DNA from: Squalus acanthias
Lineage: Eukaryota
Direction: 5' to 3'
Assembly: GCA_030390025.1 (NCBI GenBank)
Contig: CM059431.1
Coordinates: forward strand, 146,632,001-146,696,000
DNA length: 64,000 bases
Part shown: positions 1-11,086 of the stretch, one piece after another
Layout: each line of letters begins with the position of its first letter
Numbering within the stretch: the first letter of the stretch is position 1
Translations under genes and position numbers: made by a program
Notes under the pieces: model-generated
What the model was told of the DNA's origin: nothing
What the model saw: the letters and a program-made list of their open reading frames with translations, nothing else
Databases searched by the model: none

Positions 1-258
1 CTTATGACATGTATTTCGTAATCTTGAACAACATGCAATAAAGATTTTCCATTTCGTACTATTCAACCGGGTCTACCTGAGTTTTCTCTGCATTATTGCT
101 CTCGCACCAAAGTCCAGTGTCAGAACCGTAAGGGCGAGTGGGTCGAACCACTCACAGGTGTCTAGTGTTACCAGGCTGGCTGGAGACCAGAACAGGCAAC
201 GAGGCCTAACACGGCACTAGCACCCAGGCTAAGCACAGAGCCACCCGAACCCCTTACA
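1..258 (+). repeat. 3' part of the 5' LTR
   Basis: Matches 11045-11302 with 8 mismatches by eye; ends in ...CTTACA; AATAAA at 37-42. Confidence 0.95.
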
Positions 259-262
259 GGAA

Positions 263-2086
263 ATGGCGACCACAAAGGGAAACTGGCAGCGAGAAAGTAA
301 TGTGTTAGACCCTGGTTTGAATGGGCGAAATGTTATGGAAGAGAGAATAGCCGATTATGTTTTTGGGAAAGTTAATTTGACTAAGAGATGGATAAGTGAC
401 CTGCTGGTGGATAAGCGTCCGCCAGACGCAGCCATCAGGTGGACAGGTAGCAAAGAACACAAAAAATCGGTGGAGAAAGCGGTTTGGCTGATGTGTTATA
501 AAAGGCAAGTCCAGATTTCGGACCAGGTCATCGTAGCACAGGCAGCTCAGATCAAGGGTTTGGAGGTGGAGATGGAAGAAAAGGTCGCGGGGGGGCAGCA
601 GCTCATCGCGTCCTTAAATGCGTTGCATCAGGAACGCCAGCTAGTCGCCAACCACCATGAGGCGAAAATAGATTACCTCGAGTGCCAGGTCACTGAGGCA
701 AAATTAAATGAGGGCAGAATCAGGGAACGATTTGCCCGCCTAGCTGCTCAAATAAAAGCCCAGGAAGAGAGCTTAAAGGGAGTTAGGGCGGCATATAAAA
801 TGGCCCTCGAAGATAAGCATGAGGGGGCCGACCACAGCGTCTGCCGGAGAGAGATAGGGAACCTTAAAGAGGCCCTGAAGAAAGCGCACGGCATGGTGTG
901 CCTTATCAGCCCATCAGCACACCAGCCGCCGGTGGGTGGGGAATTCCAAAAATCCCTACCAAACAGAGCAGAGGAGGTATTTGCCACTGTGCCCTCCGCG
1001 CCACCCAGCTATTCGGCAACCTGGGTAAGGGAGGAAGTGGTAGAAGTAGAGGAAGTGGTCCCTGAGGTAGTGCAGCCCCCTGAGGTAGTAGTGAAGCCGG
1101 GACCGTTGTGTCCGGTCACGGGCCACAAGAGAGGCCCGGACAGAGAAAATGGGGAAGCGGGGAATCTGCTCAACCAGCTTGTGTTGCCTCACAGCTCACA
1201 CCAGCTGAGGGCTATGATCAGTCACGTACGGAAGCTGTCCGAGTCAGACGACCCTTCCGTACATTTCAGGGAGGTAGAGCAGTCCGCAGCCATTAACGGC
1301 TGCGACGATGGGGAAAGGGCTAAAATGCTGCTGTTCTCCTTAGACAGCTCGATCCTCCAGTGTCTCTCACACGCGAGTAAAAGGGGTAATAGGACCTATG
1401 AGGAGTTAAGAGAGGATGTCCTGGAAGTGTCGGGGGCGGACGAAGAAGGTCCGTTTGTTAAATTGGGACAGACTATGCAGATGTAGGGAGAACCCCCGAA
1501 GGTTTTCGCCGACAGGCTGTGGCCGGTATATTGGTGTAGCTGCCCAGGCGCGCCAGCGCGTCACCGCATAGACGGTGTTGGTTTAGCCCACTGGCTCAGA
1601 TGCTTAGTAGCCAACAGCTTGCCAGCCGTCAGGGAGCAGGCCAAAGTGTGGTTTGACCCCACTAACCTCATCACAACTGAGGAGTCGGTCTTAAACCAAC
1701 TCACGGTAGGGTACCGTAATACTAGGAGTACGGGAGCGCGTCCCCTTAAGGGAAAGGTGCATGAGGCACGGCCCGCAGCCTCGGCTCAAAAGGAGTGACA
1801 TCAGGAAGGAAATCACGTCCCGCAAGCCAGTAACGCTTGTTTCATGTGCAGAAAGACAGGGCACTGGCGCAAGAACTGCAGGAACCCTTGGAAGGAGTCC
1901 AGGGATAAAAATCCCGCAGCCCGAGCCCAGGCGCCTGCCTCCGATAAGGGAGCTGGTGTGCATATCCATCCCGATGCGATAGAATCAATGCTGGGAGCCA
2001 TGCGGACCCTCATGATTTCGCAAGGGAGGGTGGCAGTTGCTACCAGCCCCGCAGATGCCGCAGCCCCATCCGCCGGAACCCAATGA
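263..2086 (+). pseudogene. gag: gag (~607 codons) with two in-frame stops (TAG 1484-1486, TGA 1796-1798)
   Basis: ORFs 263..1486 and 1844..2086 share a frame; N-terminal coiled coil, PSAPPSY, capsid-like helical region, CFMCRKTGHWRKNC (CX2CX4HX4C) knuckle; true start could be a downstream Met. Confidence 0.9.
264..281 (+). promoter_or_regulatory. Primer binding site, tRNA-Arg(TCG)-like
   Basis: TGGCGACCACAAAGGGAA, 5 nt after the LTR end; 16/18 match to the complement of the vertebrate tRNA-Arg(TCG) 3' end as recalled (TGGCGACCACGAAGGGAC). Confidence 0.8.
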
Positions 2087-5000
2087 CTAGAGCCCGCACA
2101 GCCCGTCTACCTGTGTCCGCTCAGCTATGATGCGTGGAAACGACTCCTGGTGGAGATGGAGGTAGAGAAGCAGAAGGGTAGTTATTTGTTGGACACGGGA
2201 GCTTCATGCACCGTGATTCATACGGATAGCCCCTTTGACTCACCACTGTCTACCAAGGTCCCATACACATTAGCGGGGTTCACGGGAAAAGAGCAGGCTG
2301 GCGCGTTCTCCATTCCGCCCTCCATTCATTTAGGAGCACTCCACACCACGTGGAAGTGCATACTGATGAAATGGCAAGAGGGAGGTGGGAGAGGCATCCT
2401 CGGATCAGATCTCCTATCGGAGCACGTGATCCTCGTGGACCTTAGGAATCACTGTCTCTGGGGAGCCAAGGGTGGAAAAGGCAAGGTAGTGGTAATTCCA
2501 GGGGAGGAAGGTAAAGGGGCCCTGTGTACCATGAAGCCATCCGGAGGCTACGACCTCGGGCTTATGGTCGCGGATGTCCCAACGGACATGCAGACGTACG
2601 TGTCAGATAATATGCACGCGTTTGCAACCCACAAGCACGATTGTGGGAGGTTTACCGGGTTTGAGGTCAGCGTAGACGGGGACCCCATGACCCGGCCCCA
2701 AAAGCAGTATAACTTCCCCAAAGAAGCAGAACCCGATATGGAGACAGCACTGTCCTCCTTGGTGCAGCAGGGCGTGTTGAGACCGATAGCCACACACGTG
2801 AACTCCCCATTATGGCCGGTGAGGAAGCCGGATAATTCGTGGAGGGCCACGGTGGACTACAGAGTCCTCAATAGTAACATTCCCGCCTGCGCGCCCACGG
2901 TAGCAGCAGTTGCTAACCTAATAGGGAGTATCCCAGCATCCGCGACCAGGTTCACGGTGCTGGATATCTCGAACGGTTTTTGGTCCATCCCGCTGCGGCG
3001 AGAGGACCAGTACAATTTGCCTTTACTTTCAAAGGACAACAGTACACGTGGAACTGTTTGCCACAGGGTTTCCACAACAGCCCCAGTATTTTCCACCAGT
3101 GTATGGCAGGAAGTACAAAGGAGTTTAGTCAGCCCAATCAGATAGTGCAGTACGTGGATGATTTGCTCCTATTTACGGACTCAAGGGAGGAGCATGGAAC
3201 ACTGCTGGCCGAGTTATTGGAGCTGCTAGCGAGAAAGGGTTTTAAAGTTAACCCTAAGAAAGCACGTAGCGGTCTGCAGGAAGTAAAATTCCTGGGGCTG
3301 ACCATTCGCGCTGGGGAAAGAGCCATAGATAAGGCTAGGAGGGAGTCGGTGCAAGAGTTACCGATTCCCAACACCATAAGGGGTGTGAGGTCCTTTTTGG
3401 GACTGACCGGTTACTGCAGAGACTTCATCGAAGACTATGCGGCCACAGCAGCGCCGCTGCTCCGACTCCTCCATAAGGGAGTGGAGTGGTCTTGGGACGA
3501 GGGCTGCCAGGCAGCCTTCGAGAAGTTAAAAAGGAATTTGTGGACCGCGCCAGCTTTAGGGGCATAGACAGGGGGAAGGAGTTTTTCCTGGAGTTAGCTG
3601 CCAGCGGAGACAGCTTGAGCGCTGTGCTGCTCCAAGAGCGTCACGGCAAGCTGAGGCCGGTTGTCTGTTCGTCCAGGGTGTTAACGGATGTGGAGAGGAG
3701 TTTCTCCAGTTGCGAAAGGTATCTTTTAGCCATGCATTGGGCTGACAAAAGATCAGCGATCTTCACAGGGCTCTCTCCCATCACTCTCCTCACCCATCAC
3801 TCACCGACTATGATGCTTCTCGATGGGAGGATCAAGGATGGGACCGTAAGCAGCGCTCGAATTGCACGCTGGACCCTTCTCCTCTCCCAGATGGATCTTA
3901 GAGTTAAAGGTCTTTGCGAGCCCAGGCTTGCGGCCAACTTGGTATACCCCAGTGCAGCCCACCAGTGTTCGGTGGAAGGGGTGTGGGAAGTCAACATAGG
4001 TTTGCGGGCCGGGATACATCCCACAGGGCGCGAAATTTATGTTGATGGGTCCAGCACAGTGTCCGCTGGCGAACGACTCACAGAGTGTGGAGTTTATGAC
4101 CCTGCGGCAAACCTTGCCCTGGCGATTAAGCTCCCCAGCACCATGAGCGCGCAGCAGGCTGAGTTGTCTGCGGTGGCGTATGTCATTACCCACCCAGAAA
4201 TTTTCCCAACCCCATACATGATTTGCTCGGACAGTATATTCACATGCAATTCGTGTACGGAATACCTGGCCATTTGGTCCCGTCGTGGATACACCTCCGC
4301 GGACGGGCGACCTTTAACGGTGAAGCCCTTGCTGGAAAAGATCCTAGAAGCAGTAGGGGAGGAAGGGGAGATTTTCATCCATAAGGTGAAGGCTCACTCC
4401 TCCACAGAGCCCCGTGGGGAGGGCAACCAGCAGGCGGATGCGCTAGCCAGGGAGGGTGCCCGTAATGGCATTTTCTGGGACCCCTATGGGCCCGGACCCA
4501 TGGCATCGATCCAAGGTAGGGACGGGAATCCCGGGAACACCAGGGTAGCATTGCACCTAGACCTTAAGACCGTCCAGAACCAGGATCCCGCCCTAAAAGC
4601 AGTTCGCAGAACCATTGCTGAGGGCAAGCAGGTAGAGGGTACGTACAGTACGGCAACCCTCTCCGTCAAAGAAGGCATGCTGTTCCGCGAGGAGAAGTGG
4701 GTTGTGCCGCATTAGCACAGGAGGGAATTCCTCCAGTTGGCTCATGAGGGGCCGGGGGCAGGGCACCCCGGGCCCGAGGTTACCTGGCAACGGGTAGAGC
4801 AGGCAGGATGGTGGCCGGGACTCAGGGAGCAGGTCCGCGAGTTCTTTGCAAGCTGTCTTGTGTGCGCTGCAAACAACCCAGACCCCCAGAAAAGGAAAGT
4901 GCCCATGGGGCACATCAGGAGGGTGGAGGGACCATGGCAGTCGATCCAGATCGACTATATAGGGCCCCTGCCCACCACCCAGGGAGGCTATAAATACTGC

Positions 5001-6581
5001 CTCGTCTTGGTGGACGTGTTTTCCAAATGGGTGGAAGCCTTCCCCTGTAGAACAGCTACGGCGCTGGGTATTGCAAAAATCTTGGTCCGGGAAGTGTTCT
5101 CGCGGTGGGGACTCCCCCGTTTCGTGGACTCAGACCAAGGGAGTCATTTCACCAGCCAGGTGATGCAGAACACCCTCATGCTTTTGGGCATTGAAGGGAA
5201 GTGGCACGTAGCGCACAATCCACAGTCATCCGGGATTGTTGAACGCATGAACCGGACCCTGAAGGAGAAATTGAGGAAAGAGACTATGAACTCGCCCCAA
5301 AAATGGGCGGAGGATCTGCCTCTAGTCCTCATGGGGATCCGGGCCAGTCAGTCGAAAAGTACGGGGTATTACCCGCACGAGGTGATGACTGGGAGGATCA
5401 TGCGAACCCCCACCCATGTGCTAGCGCCGGTGCTCACTGAGGGTCAGCTCCAAGAGGTAAGCAAGGACAAGTTCGTCCAGACCCACTTGGAGCGCCTGAA
5501 GCAGGGTTATGAGCAGGCGGCTGGGAACATGGGAAGGCAGCATCAGGGCAATCGCCTGTTGCTGGAACCCCGCAAGAAACAGGAGTGGGAAATAGGAGAC
5601 CAAGTCATGGTCAGAAACTATGCCAGAGTAGGGAGTCTGGAACCACTGTACATGGGACCCTACAGTATTGTAGATAAGGCGAGTCCCATGGTATACACCA
5701 TAAAGGTACCTCGGCGCACTAAGTGGTTCCACGTAAATCAGTGCAAACTGTATAAGCCGGGTGCACAAGGGCCAACCACAGGGGCCAAACCTGCGAGTGG
5801 GGACACGCAGCCCCGGGTAGGACCGCAGGGCACGCAGGCTGGCAAAGCAGCTTGCATCAGGGGAGAGGACATCCTAGCAAAATGTAGGATCCTTTATTGG
5901 GGTTGGGAGTCAGATGAGGAAGAGTTCGAAGAGGTCGACCAAGATAGTGACCCGAGCGAAGAGGAGCTGGGATCGGAGGACGAAAGGTTCGCCCGCGATT
6001 CAGGTAAAGGGAAGATAGGGACTGCGAGTGGAGGTCCACACAGGGTGGAAGCAGAAGCTGCAGGTCCCGAAATCAGGGGGGCGGAGCTAGGGGAGGCGGA
6101 GCCAGCGGCTGTGGTGGGACGACAGGACGTGGCGATGGAAGTCTCAGAGCCCAGCCCGTCCGCATTGGAAGTCTTGCCCTCAGGGGCGGTAGGGACTGCG
6201 AGTGAAGGGCCGCCTACTGGGCCAAGTAGGGCGGTGCCAGAGACTGCTGATCCCGAGTTCAGGGAGGCGGAGCCAGGGGAGGCGGAGCCAGCGGCTGTGG
6301 TGGGACCACAGGTCGCGACGGTGGAAGTCTCGAAACCCGGCCCATCGGTACTGGAGTTCTTGCCCCCGGTAGGCCCCCGTAGGTCAAGTCGGACACCCCA
6401 GCCCAGGAAGATATGGTCAAGTCCCCAGAGTGTCCTAAGGCGTAGGTTCAAGGCTAGGCAGCCCAGAGAGAGCCCAGTCACAGCCCAGCAGCAACAGGCT
6501 GCGGCAGATCAAAGGGGGGGGGGGGGGGTCAGCGCCCTCCCACCGTCGGGAAAAGCTTGTGGCCACCTTCACAGAATTTGA
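2087..6581 (+). pseudogene. pol: pol: protease, RT, degenerate RNase H (tether), RNase H, integrase with long C-terminal extension; frameshifts near 3014 and 3560, stop at 4713-4715
   Basis: LLDTGA and GILGSD (PR); NSPLWPV, LDISNGFWSI, LPQGF, YVDD at 3151 (RT); ELAASGDSLSAVLLQ (tether); YVDGS, SAQQAEL, SDS, KVKAH, GNQQADALA (RNase H); H-H-CLVC, QIDYIGP, DSDQG, GIVERMN, MGPY (IN). Confidence 0.95.
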
Positions 6582-6820
6582 ATAGGCCGCCCTGGGAACG
6601 GGCGGCGCTGTACAGTTTTATAAGATAAGTTAGAAGTTTTATAGTTTGTAATTCTTGTAAGTTTTATAGCTTCATTTTGATAAGTAAAAGATAAATGATG
6701 GGAGTTTAGATTAGGTTTAGTTAAAAGATCTATCCAGTGCACATGTCTTCTTACGTGAGGCGAGGTCAGGGGACCCGCTCACCCTTCACAAAAGCCAGAG
6801 ACTCTTGGGAGGCTGGCTAC

Positions 6821-6840
6821 ATCATTTTATCTGATCACAG
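6821..6840 (+). promoter_or_regulatory. Putative env splice acceptor
   Basis: atcattttatctgatcacAG ends 13 nt before the ATG at 6854 that opens a signal-peptide-like sequence. Confidence 0.5.
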
Positions 6841-6853
6841 GAATCAAGGAAGG

Positions 6854-9197
6854 ATGGAACGGATTCTGGTAGTGCTCGCGGCAAGCGGATGTGGACTGGC
6901 CTATCGAGGCCACACCAAGGATGTAGTGGTGTTTGGATGCTCCGGGGACACGGCCCCCATCACGGTGGATGGGACCGGGAGGCGAGAGGCTGAGGAGACC
7001 GCCACTTATTTCCACAAGGGAAGGTGGCCAGGATGGCTGGGAACGAATTCAACTGAATACTCCAGCACAACGGGTTTTGCCTACAAAGAGACTTCTTTGA
7101 TGTGCCCCAAAGTGAGGATCATCGCACCCAGAGTCAGCGTCACCGTCGGCAAACGGATTTGTTTAACTTGTAATGGGAATGTCCCATTGACCCGATGGTG
7201 GTGGCTACGAAAGCTGAGCAGAAATATGAGGAATTCTTCTGTCGAGTGGGAGCGACTGGGTAATAATACCCATCGGACAATTACGGGGACTAACAGGCAA
7301 TTGAAAGTCTGTTGGGACAAATGGTGGGAACCGGATGAGGGAATTTATGTGGGGGTCAAAGCACGTTTGCCCCAAAGGCATCTCCATATTTTTCGTGAAT
7401 CAGTGGCAGGATTATGGGAAAGGGATGAGGTGGGATGCTAGCAACAGGGGGTGCGGAGCCCCATACTCTCCGATCCCGGTAAACGCCACTGAACTCATTA
7501 CGCGCCCACGCAAGGCCCCGCCCACGATTCCGGTGGTTTTGGCTCAGGAAGAAGGGTGCCCTAAAACCAGTAAGGGACCCGGGAATGGTTTGGTACTGGT
7601 CCCTACAGACCAGATACTATTTCAGGGGGTACATTACGCAGTGGCCTCGGTGATTTTAAATCTCACCGAGGTGCGGTTGCCAGAGTGGTGCCCCAAAGAG
7701 ACGGAACAGTTGTACCAGGTCCTGTTGACCAATATGTTTAGACAATTTTATGAATTCGATTTTGCGGAGATTGATAAAACAAGTTTGTACACCACACCAC
7801 ATGAAGTTTTGGGCCAGGTGGGGAGACAAAGAAGGGGTGTTGTGAACGACATGTTCACTGCGTTCAATACAGGGACATCTGTGGTCAACACTCTAGATAA
7901 CGTGGAGGTGCAGACCCAGATTAATGGTTTAAAAACTCAATTAAAGAATATCCTTACAGACGAAAATAAGGTGGTAGGGTCTGGGTTACATGAAGACCAG
8001 GCCATGACGCTCCATTTAAAGGAAATTATAGCCGAACTGGAGAAACATGCGCGTACGGTAAATGCCCTGATCAGGGAAGATCGGAATGCATCCGATCAGG
8101 CTGCGCAGAACGAGGTGTGCATGCTCTACGGTGCGTGGTTATTGGGCGAGGGCCGCAGTAATTTGGAGGATTTAAAACAAGGTTTGGTCCGGTCCTGGAT
8201 AAGTAACAAACACCTGCAGGCGCTCCACCCTTTTCAGAACGCATTAAGCCCGTGCCAGCTCAGGCTAGCTTCAGAAGCATATCCAGTCCCCATGGGCTGC
8301 GGACGGTCAAACCATACCATTATGGGTATAGTGTTACGTATGCCGGTTTTGGGCGACACAGCAAAGCCCGCCCCGGTGTATCGGGTAGAGAACATTGGAG
8401 TCATTCAGGGGGGAGCCCACATTCGCTATGCAGCGGTCCCACCTTCCGTCATCCACTGGGAGCAAACGATGACAGGTACAGATCTCTCTGGTTGTCGTGG
8501 CAGGGGAGCACACATAATCCTGTGTCCCCAGCACTTGAATGCCTTTTTATCACCACAGTGCGGGTTCAGAACGGCTGGCGCCAAGCCCATGAATTGCACC
8601 ATGGAGGCAATGGCACAAGATCATGTGCCTCCGCAGGTGGCATACATAGGGGGTGGAACATATTGTGTTACCACTGCAGCGCAACACTACCAGCATGGAA
8701 ACCGTAACCGGTGTCCGGTGAGTGACAGCAGTTTCTGTTTTAAACCCAGGGCTGAAGTTCAAGTGGCACAGCAGCGAATTGTCCCGATCCCTGAACCATC
8801 CACTGTTCATCTAACAGTAAAAGAGAATTTTACCGACTTGCAGCGATTCGTCGCACATTTCGGATACATCATTCCCCCTCTCCCTGAGCACCTCACCAAA
8901 GTTTTGAAAGCCATTGCGGTTTCGCAGAAACATTTTTATACCCTTGAGCAAAAGACTGTCGAGATAGGGTCAGAGATCCTAGACATAGTAATCCCAACGT
9001 GGTGGGATCTGTTCACCAACATCGAAGTGCCTTCCTGGATTAGAATAGCCTCCCACATTTTAGTTGTATGCCAGGTCATAATTGTAGTATACCTGTTGGT
9101 AGTGCACTGTAAGAGAGGCAAGCGCCTCACAGAACAGGAAAACACAGGAGAGTGGCGAGAGCGTTACGTGCACGTGCATGGAGAAAGCGCCGCGTAA
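6854..9197 (+). pseudogene. env: env (~780 aa reconstructed; one frameshift at ~7346-7352): signal peptide, Ig-like domain, furin site, F-type fusion subunit, TM helix
   Basis: MERILVVLAASGCGLA; RQRR at 7824-7835 followed by GVVNDMFTAFNTGTSVV; heptad repeat; Cys-rich ectodomain; TM IASHILVVCQVIIVVYLLVV; several N-x-S/T sequons. Confidence 0.85.
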
Positions 9198-9638
9198 ACG
9201 GCCAGAGTGACGACACTCCAGTTTTTCCATGTTGTGTCTCGTAGTTGTTTATTGATTGTTATTTTTCTTAGAACATGTAGCTAAGTTTGGAATTCTGTTT
9301 TTTAAAAAGAGTTGTTCTTGGATTATTTTTAATTTTGTGTTGTTAAAATGGTTGTGTGATTGTTTTGTTTTTCTTTTCCTGAATAATAAAAAAAAAAAAA
9401 TGCACATACAGGTGGTGCAAGAGGCAGCGGCCTGTTACACCTGGAAGACATACACGCAATTTAAGTAAAAGGCAAATACTGCCAACGGTTTGATAAAATT
9501 TAATTTTTCCCTGGGAAATAAGGACGACACGGAGACCCTACATAGTTTTAAGTCAAGGGAATATTTGGATATGGAGAATCGAGATAATGTTGCTCACCAC
9601 CACTTTTAATTGATATGATAAGCGGAGTTATTCGCATC

Positions 9639-9650
9639 AACAGGAGGGAC
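9639..9650 (+). promoter_or_regulatory. Polypurine tract
   Basis: aacaggagggac immediately before TGTA at 9651. Confidence 0.7.
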
Positions 9651-10229
9651 TGTAGAATTCGCAAATTATCGCGATTTCGAAATAACGAGATAGAGACATA
9701 CAGTTTCGTATAAACAGCTTTATTTCAGCAAAATGCTGTCAGGTTTCAAAACGGACACAAGCAGCCTGTAAAATGGCCGCCTCGCCTCGTGGCAGAAGGT
9801 TCCAGACTTTCAGTAGGCAGACAAGATGGCGGTTCAATAAACATTTCAGCAAGATCGGACAGTACTCAGCATATTGATATAAGACAAGGCGCAATTTTTT
9901 TGCATTTTAACACCTAAGAAATATAAGTGCTGGAATCGGTTTTCCATGCACAAACGAGGGCTATTGTACTGGGCAATCAAGGGCCCATCCAAAGACATTG
10001 ATACGCAAAGTCCCCGTGGCTCTACGATGAGAGAGCCGTTCGCGGGTACTCACAGCAAGAATTTGGAGGCCCCAAAACCCCTCCAGGGAGACTCCTAGCC
10101 GGTTCCACAATGGAAGAAATATTAACGGGTACTTAGACAGTTACAAGTATCACCGAAACCCATTAACGACAAGAACCACCCCATACAAGCAGTTTGAGCG
10201 CCAAAACATGACAAAAGATGAACGTTAAG

Positions 10230-10263
10230 ATTGGGCGGGAGATAAGGAATTACAGTACTATAA
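10230..10263 (+). promoter_or_regulatory. Putative LTR promoter: ATTGG (CCAAT), GGGCGG (GC box), TATAA
   Basis: gATTGGGCGGga at ~10230, TATAA at 10259-10263, pyrimidine-rich initiator-like tract ~25 nt downstream. Confidence 0.55.
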
Positions 10264-11080
10264 CTGTAGTGTCCAAACGTCCATCTTCCTCTTATCCCGG
10301 CCGACTCTTGACTCTCTTATTCTCTGCCGACCACCGACTCGAGCTCTTGACTCTTATTCTCTGATCCGCTGATCCTTCTGGGGTCGACCTCGTGGCTTGC
10401 CACAAAGATCTGTGGAGAGCTGGTCTGCGAAGGCCTGTAAGCGGGCGCACCATCCCGAGAGGTCGGTAAACAGTGTTGGATCCGAAGGCCCGAGAGGAGA
10501 TGAGATGAGATGAGATGAGAAGAGAAGAAGAAGACTACACGTGGCGCTGCGGTCAGTAAGCCCCGACTGCGCCCGAAAATCGATTAATCACTTCTTTTGA
10601 ATTTTATCGGCTACTCCACAACTGGCACCAGAAGACTCTTCTTCGAGTTTTACCGAACGGGTGTCGGCACAGGAAGACTCTTCTTTGAATTTTATCAGGA
10701 ATCCGAGGTCAACACAGATCTTCATGGCAGCAGGCGGTCCAGCCTGCTAGCCGGAGCAGAGCGAGTAAACAAGTGGGGTACAGAGACCCCTGATCAAAAC
10801 GTGAATAGTCAGGTGTTGTGGCGAAAACATCCGAGCATCCTTTTAGAATTCTCTGAGTTATCACGAGTGGTGAGCATGATTATCGATCCTACAGATCTAG
10901 ATTAGGACAGGTATTAATAGGGGAGGGTTTTTGTTTTAAGGATAATTATAATGTGTGTCCCCTTTTACGATGTGTCGTGCGCTCCTCGTTTCCCTAAACC
11001 TAGTTTCATAAATGTATGTAAGCTTGTACTGTCATTAATCTGTGCTTTTGACATGTATTTCGTAATCTTGAACAACATGC

Positions 11081-11086
11081 AATAAA
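11081..11086 (+). terminator. LTR polyadenylation signal AATAAA
   Basis: Present at the same place in both LTRs. Confidence 0.65.

Noticed and set aside
5894..6481. 195-aa antisense ORF as an accessory gene
   Set aside because: GC-rich, low-complexity mirror of the integrase extension; no independent motif
10597..10905. 102-aa ORF inside the LTR
   Set aside because: Non-ATG start, built partly from short internal repeats, no recognisable domain; cannot be supported without other copies
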